NCBI GenBank assembly: GCA_963847185.1
Contig: CAWJYV010000008.1
Coordinates: 224,001 to 288,000 of the forward strand
Direction: 5' to 3'
DNA: 64,000 nt
Source of the DNA: an uncultured Methanosarcinaceae archaeon
Lineage (GTDB): Archaea; Halobacteriota; Methanosarcinia; Methanosarcinales; Methanosarcinaceae
The position numbers and the translations under genes were made by a program. Below, one piece after another: positions 59,124-64,000 of this stretch; the stretch's first letter is position 1, and each line of letters begins with the position of its first letter. The notes below the pieces were generated by a model. It made no database searches and was not told the DNA's origin. It worked only from the letters and a program-made list of their open reading frames with translations.

Positions 59124-61196
59124 ATGAGACGAAAATCAGTTAAAGGGTTAATTACTCTCGGAATAGTAAAAGGGCTCATTACTATCGGAATATTACTGTT
59201 CCTTGCAGTTTTTTCTGAATGCAATGCTTCTGCAGAAGTAGCGAATCCTTCTGAATTTATAAATGAAGGATGCACGTTTGAAGAACTTAATCCCGATAAC
59301 GTTACGACTGAATGGAAAGATTCATACCTCTTCAGCAGTAGGGAAGATGCCTTAGAAGAACTGGAGGAATTAGAAAACAGATCCGAAGAAATGAACAAAA
59401 CTTTCCGTCCGAAATTTGAAAACTTGTCTGGACCGGTTTTACTGGATTTCCTGGAAAATGAAGAGGAGTTTTCAAAATCTATTACAGTTCTGTATATTTA
59501 TGCTTATACTCAGCTCAGTAAAAATGTGAATGATCAATTCTTTGCGTCTCTTCTTACAGATTCTCAGGATCTTTTTACCGCATATTCGAAAGCTAATTCA
59601 TTTACAACCATAAAGTTGACCTCGCTCAGTAAAGAGGAATGGGATAGACTCTTTTCTGAAGAACCCAAGCTTGAGGCATATAGACCTTATCTTGAAGCCA
59701 GGTATATGAGATTTGCAGAACACAGGGCAATAAATGAATCCCAGGCTGCATATCTTGCTGATCTCGAAAATCAGCGCATGAAGCTGGAGACTGAAGCGTT
59801 TTCAGAAATTACTAATAATGTTACAATGGCAGGAAATATAACGCTTGAGAACGGAGAGGAATACACGGTCAATTCCCAGTCCTATTTTATTCTACTTTCA
59901 AAAGATCCTAATCGGGAAAACAGAAAAAAATGTTATGAGAAAAGGTTTTACCACCTGAAAAACGAGTCCGATTCCATGGCATCTCTCTATTCCAGAAAAG
60001 CCCAGATTGATGATCTTGTTGCCACGCAGCTAAATTATACGGACTTCTATGATTGCACATTATATGGTCTCTATCTTAACCGTACTCAGATTGATGAGAT
60101 GAATATGGTTTTCAAAGAAAGAAAAGGTGTGTTTGAAGACTATAACGATTTCAGGAGAAACAAACTCGGAGTTGAAACGCTCAGGCCATACGACCTGATG
60201 TTGCAGTCGACAGATCAACCTGGTAAAAACTTTACTTATTTAGAATCTTTGCAGGAGATCCAGAAATCTTATTCCAGAATGGACCCCATTTTCAATGAAA
60301 TCTTTTTAAAGACAGTAACCGGTAATTTCATAGATGTATATCCTGACCCCGAGCACGGAAAACAACCAGGTGGTTATTGTTATGAACTTTGTGCCTTAAA
60401 GGCTCCAGCTCTGATCTTTATCAATTACAATGGTCTTATCAAGGATCAGAAAGCCCTCACTCACGAAATTGGGCACGGAAATCATTTCTACCTAATGGGC
60501 AACTCTGTGGATTACCTCTACTGCACAGGTCAAATCTATGAAGCTGAGGTTCCTTCCACTTTCAATGAAGAACTCTTTGTTGATCATGTGGTCGAAAATT
60601 CTGATAGAGACACCGCAATTATGGTACTCTCTGACCAAATAGCAGATTATCAGAATTACTTTACCAGGCAGCCTATGATTACGGAATTCGAATATAAAGC
60701 TCACCAGCTATGTGCTGAAAATGGAACAGTCAGTGGAGATGATCTCAATGCAATCTGGACAAACTTATCTAAAGAATACAGGAGTGATTCGGTTGAATAT
60801 TACATTGAAGATTCCACTAAAGATTCAGCGGAATGGGCATATATTAATCATATTTACTTAACTAACAACTACTACACTTTTAATTATGCAGTTTCAAAGG
60901 CAATAACCCTTGCTCTCTTCAAACAGTATAAGGAGGATCCGGAAACCTTCAATAAAAACTATATTGCCTATCTTTCGGCAGGTTCAACAATGCCGCCTGA
61001 AGAAAAACTCAAGAAATATTTCGGAATCGAAATAAACAGGCAGCTATTTGAAGACGCCATGGATGTCGTGGAATTAAGGATTCAGGAACTAAATGAACTG
61101 GATAGAGAAACAAATGGACCAAAGCTTAAGTCTACCGCAGAAGTCCTGAATATTTGCCCTGCTGGTTCCTGGGACAGTGTACACAAAAGCCAGTGA
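59124..61196 (+). CDS. Secreted M3B oligoendopeptidase F-like peptidase
   Basis: Signal peptide; LRPYDL, GKQPGGY, HEIGH Zn motif, AEVPSTFNE, YYTFNYA. Confidence 0.9.
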   Translation: MRRKSVKGLITLGIVKGLITIGILLFLAVFSECNASAEVANPSEFINEGCTFEELNPDNVTTEWKDSYLFSSREDALEELEELENRSEEMNKTFRPKFENLSGPVLLDFLENEEEFSKSITVLYIYAYTQLSKNVNDQFFASLLTDSQDLFTAYSKANSFTTIKLTSLSKEEWDRLFSEEPKLEAYRPYLEARYMRFAEHRAINESQAAYLADLENQRMKLETEAFSEITNNVTMAGNITLENGEEYTVNSQSYFILLSKDPNRENRKKCYEKRFYHLKNESDSMASLYSRKAQIDDLVATQLNYTDFYDCTLYGLYLNRTQIDEMNMVFKERKGVFEDYNDFRRNKLGVETLRPYDLMLQSTDQPGKNFTYLESLQEIQKSYSRMDPIFNEIFLKTVTGNFIDVYPDPEHGKQPGGYCYELCALKAPALIFINYNGLIKDQKALTHEIGHGNHFYLMGNSVDYLYCTGQIYEAEVPSTFNEELFVDHVVENSDRDTAIMVLSDQIADYQNYFTRQPMITEFEYKAHQLCAENGTVSGDDLNAIWTNLSKEYRSDSVEYYIEDSTKDSAEWAYINHIYLTNNYYTFNYAVSKAITLALFKQYKEDPETFNKNYIAYLSAGSTMPPEEKLKKYFGIEINRQLFEDAMDVVELRIQELNELDRETNGPKLKSTAEVLNICPAGSWDSVHKSQ

Positions 61197-61400
61197 ATTG
61201 AATATTTGGGTAAAATATTCGTAAGGGTATGGGGCTGCTTAAACGACCTCAACCCTAATTTCTTTTTAACTTTCTCTTTTTTAACTTTCAGTCAGATCAA
61301 TACTCTGCGCTCCTCTACCAAATAAGAGTTACTATCATAAACGATACAGCTATTTGCTAAACGACACAATTATTTGCAACTGCTAAAGGAGACAAACAAA

Positions 61401-61874
61401 ATGTATTACCATATAATCGACTCCCCAATCTGCCCCATTCTTCTGGCAGGAGATGAAGAAGGGCTAAAAAACGTCCTCTTCTTAAAGGGTGAGAAAAAAA
61501 TAGATATTCCTGCTGATTGGGTAGAAAACAAAGAATTTTTCATAGAAATTGCCAGGCAACTTGAAGCTTATTTTTCCGGGAAGCTCAAGTCTTTTAAAAT
61601 TAAGATATCTCCTGAAGGAACAGAATTCCAGAAATCTGTCTGGAAAGCTTTGTGCGAAATACCTTACGGAGAGACCCGGACTTACAAAGATATAGCTCTA
61701 TCTATCGGGAACCCTAAAGCATACAGGGCTGTTGGACTTGCAAATAATCGGAACCCAATTGCGATAATCGTTCCCTGCCACAGGGTCATAGGATCAAATG
61801 GGAAACTTACAGGTTATGCTTGTGGGTTGGACGTGAAAGAATTTTTATTAAAACTTGAAGAAAATACTACGTAA
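61401..61874 (+). CDS. ogt: Methylated-DNA-protein-cysteine methyltransferase
   Basis: GTEFQKSVW, IPYGETRTY, RAVGLAN, active-site PCHRV. Confidence 0.95.
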   Translation: MYYHIIDSPICPILLAGDEEGLKNVLFLKGEKKIDIPADWVENKEFFIEIARQLEAYFSGKLKSFKIKISPEGTEFQKSVWKALCEIPYGETRTYKDIALSIGNPKAYRAVGLANNRNPIAIIVPCHRVIGSNGKLTGYACGLDVKEFLLKLEENTT

Positions 61875-62090
61875 GAAGGATGAAGGCAAACTCTACTCTT
61901 CCTCTGAGTATTGTCAATTTTTCTTTAATTTATAAATCATTTTCAAAAACAGCAATGTAACTATAAGATAGAATATACCTTAAGAGTAGCCATTATTTCA
62001 GTAGTCCCTATCATCATAAGCCTTCATCTTATTACAGATTTAACTCTATTTAACACATTTCAAAAATATAAATTCTCAGGAGAACTCATT

Positions 62091-62837
62091 ATGGAGCTCA
62101 AAAATAAGATTGAGAGCATTATCAGAGCTGTCTCTTCAAATCCTGATACTGAGACACGATTCCGTGAAACACTTGTCGGTTTTGCTTCGGCTGACGATCC
62201 TATCTTCAATGATATGAAAGTAATTATTGGCCCGCATCAGATGCACCCTAAGGAGATCTTTCTCGGAGTAAAAACCGTTGTTTCCTTCTTCCTGCCTTTC
62301 GAAAAAGAACTTGTTAAACTGAACTGGAAATCTCCTGATCCGGTAAAGGAATGGATTCAGGCTAAGGGTGAAACAGATCGCTTGATAGAAACTATCAATG
62401 AAAAACTCAAAGTTGAGCTGGCAAAAGCCGGAGTTTCGGCAGTTGTGCCCGAAATTATTTTTGATTATAAGAATAAGGGCTTTGATGTTGCCTGGTCTCA
62501 TAAGAGCGCGGCTTATGCTGCCGGGCTTGGTACTTTTGGTGTGCACCATATGTTAATTACTAAGGCAGGGTGTGCAGGCCGTTTTGGAACGCTCCTTATT
62601 TCTGCCGAAATCCTGCCTACTCTACGTCCAAGCGAGGAATTCTGCCGTTACAAAAAAGGAGAGAAATGCCTTGTCTGTGTGGACAGGTGTCCTGCTAGGG
62701 CTCTTAGTGCAAAAGGGCTTGATAAGGAAAAGTGCTTCACGTTGCTTCAGAAGAATGCAAAATCCTTTTCTGATCTCAATAATCAATATGCGTGTGGGAA
62801 ATGTGCTACCGGACCCTGTGCTCTCATATCTCGCTGA
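62091..62837 (+). CDS. QueG (epoxyqueuosine reductase)-like 4Fe-4S protein
   Basis: VGFASADDP, WSHKSAAYAAGLGTFG, GCAGRFG, CLVCVDRCP, CGKC. Confidence 0.8.
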   Translation: MELKNKIESIIRAVSSNPDTETRFRETLVGFASADDPIFNDMKVIIGPHQMHPKEIFLGVKTVVSFFLPFEKELVKLNWKSPDPVKEWIQAKGETDRLIETINEKLKVELAKAGVSAVVPEIIFDYKNKGFDVAWSHKSAAYAAGLGTFGVHHMLITKAGCAGRFGTLLISAEILPTLRPSEEFCRYKKGEKCLVCVDRCPARALSAKGLDKEKCFTLLQKNAKSFSDLNNQYACGKCATGPCALISR

Positions 62838-62951
62838 AGAGGAGGAAGCTTTTCCTTTTTTACAGGAATATTTCGCTAGAAGTCTCTCTTTCGCCACTTA
62901 TTTATTATCTTTTTTCTGCTAGCATTCTATTAAACAAGTTTTTCATGTTTG

Positions 62952-63857
62952 TTACTTCGCCTCCGAGATATTTTCAGATACATTTATCCAGAGACGGAGA
63001 TCCCTGTATGGTATATCTCTATCTGTTTCTTTGAAGAGCAGGAACTCAAGATTCATATTAGTTCCTTCAAAGGGAGGGGTGATCGTGACTGGCTTTTCCC
63101 AGGTCTCATTATGAGCAAGTGTTACTTGTTTTAAGTTTTCTGGCAGGGAAGCATTTTCAATTTTTATTTCCAGCGTGTAATTTACGGGCCTATACTCATG
63201 ATTTACAATCCCCACTACTACGGTTCCGTTTTGTCCAATTATGTATTCTGTTGGGTAGTTGTCGGCTTTACCTTCAGGTCCGAGAATATAGAATTCGGTA
63301 AAGGGATCTAAAGACTCTGCAATTTTCAGCATTTCGGTTTTTTCAAGAGATCCTCTCAGAGTTATTTCAACTCCTTCAAGTTCCAACTGCAGTGCCTTCA
63401 GATCTCCTTGTGCATCCAGGTATTTTCCATCCCTACCATTGATACTTATCTTTTCGGCCGATTCCATGAGATTATTCTCTTCAGGCTCGCTTGGGTAGAT
63501 CGTTATTTCAGCTCTCCCAAATCCCCATTTACTTTCATAAACTGTTTCCTTTATCCGTAAGCTTTCGTTCCCTTTTTGATAATTAAGGATAACTATTCTA
63601 GCATCCTGGCCTTCAGGGGTCACATCGTTGTTATCGTATACAATCGAATAATTGAAAGCGTATCCTTCAGGCAGGTACTCTGGAGTTATAATTTCAAAGC
63701 CGGCTTCCTTTCTGGCTTCTTCAAGGCTAAGTTTTTCAGGGAGTTTGGAATCCTCTTTAGGGTTTAGAGTTTCTGGACTCAGTCCTTCTTCGCATCCCGA
63801 TACAAAAACAGCCAGGCTTATCAAAACTAATATGAATCCCACTGTAACATATTTCAT
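62952..63857 (-). CDS. Putative lipoprotein, DUF4367-like plus DUF1616-like domains
   Basis: Lipobox VSGC; PEYLPEGYAF, EMLKIAESL; FTEFYILGPEGKADNYP...PYRDLRLWINV. Confidence 0.8.
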   Translation of the reverse strand: MKYVTVGFILVLISLAVFVSGCEEGLSPETLNPKEDSKLPEKLSLEEARKEAGFEIITPEYLPEGYAFNYSIVYDNNDVTPEGQDARIVILNYQKGNESLRIKETVYESKWGFGRAEITIYPSEPEENNLMESAEKISINGRDGKYLDAQGDLKALQLELEGVEITLRGSLEKTEMLKIAESLDPFTEFYILGPEGKADNYPTEYIIGQNGTVVVGIVNHEYRPVNYTLEIKIENASLPENLKQVTLAHNETWEKPVTITPPFEGTNMNLEFLLFKETDRDIPYRDLRLWINVSENISEAK

Positions 63858-64000
63858 TTTCTATCAGCGGTCTTTTCTCTTTCATTAATTTACAATGTTT
63901 GGATATACTTTCTCACATCTTAATATACTTTTTCAAATGTGCATAATCTGAAATACGAAAAAAACCGAGTGATACTTATGCCCTTAATTTCTCTGACCAC

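Noticed and set aside
623-63888. Numerous short antisense or alternate-frame ORFs in the track (e.g. 2898-3632, 49156-49725, 25542-26075)
   Set aside because: Shadows of well-supported genes with no recognisable motifs; the intergenic ones (993-1205, 1460-1735, 46771-46959) are low-complexity AT-rich frames.

Overview
Chromosomal segment of a methanogenic archaeon, almost certainly Methanosarcina (inferred from the fmdEFACDB operon, PGF-CTERM and NosD/PKD surface proteins, TBP, Nop5/fibrillarin and AglJ). Core content: Mo-formylmethanofuran dehydrogenase operon, an HxlR-linked five-gene flavoprotein cluster, XPD/Rad3 helicase, mptG-nop5-flpA, DRG GTPase, moeA, ilvE, two tRNA-Arg genes, bioY-ECF, DtxR-feoB, an orf-smc-scpA-scpB cluster, tbp, aglJ, a thiC-family gene, a secreted M3 peptidase, ogt and a QueG-like Fe-S protein. 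Signals missed by the ORF track: a complete IS701-type element (ATA-initiated transposase, 5-bp TSD); two MITEs with related ends that bracket a small secreted Trp/Tyr-heptad protein; two further MITEs; ModE-type boxes at fmdE and at a DUF364 gene; BirA, DtxR and ArsR operators; two candidate structured ncRNAs (27.35-27.55 kb with twin UGGGGG-loop hairpins; 46.24-46.57 kb with nested stems and a possible pseudoknot); and decayed alkaline phosphatase, ArsR/permease and NosD/PKD genes. The best candidates for undescribed biology are the putative SMC accessory protein with an extended ScpB, the methyltransferase/ATP-grasp ligase fusion next to a transporter, the Trp-heptad secreted protein and the two ncRNAs. 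All family assignments come from motif recognition by eye; no database searches were run.
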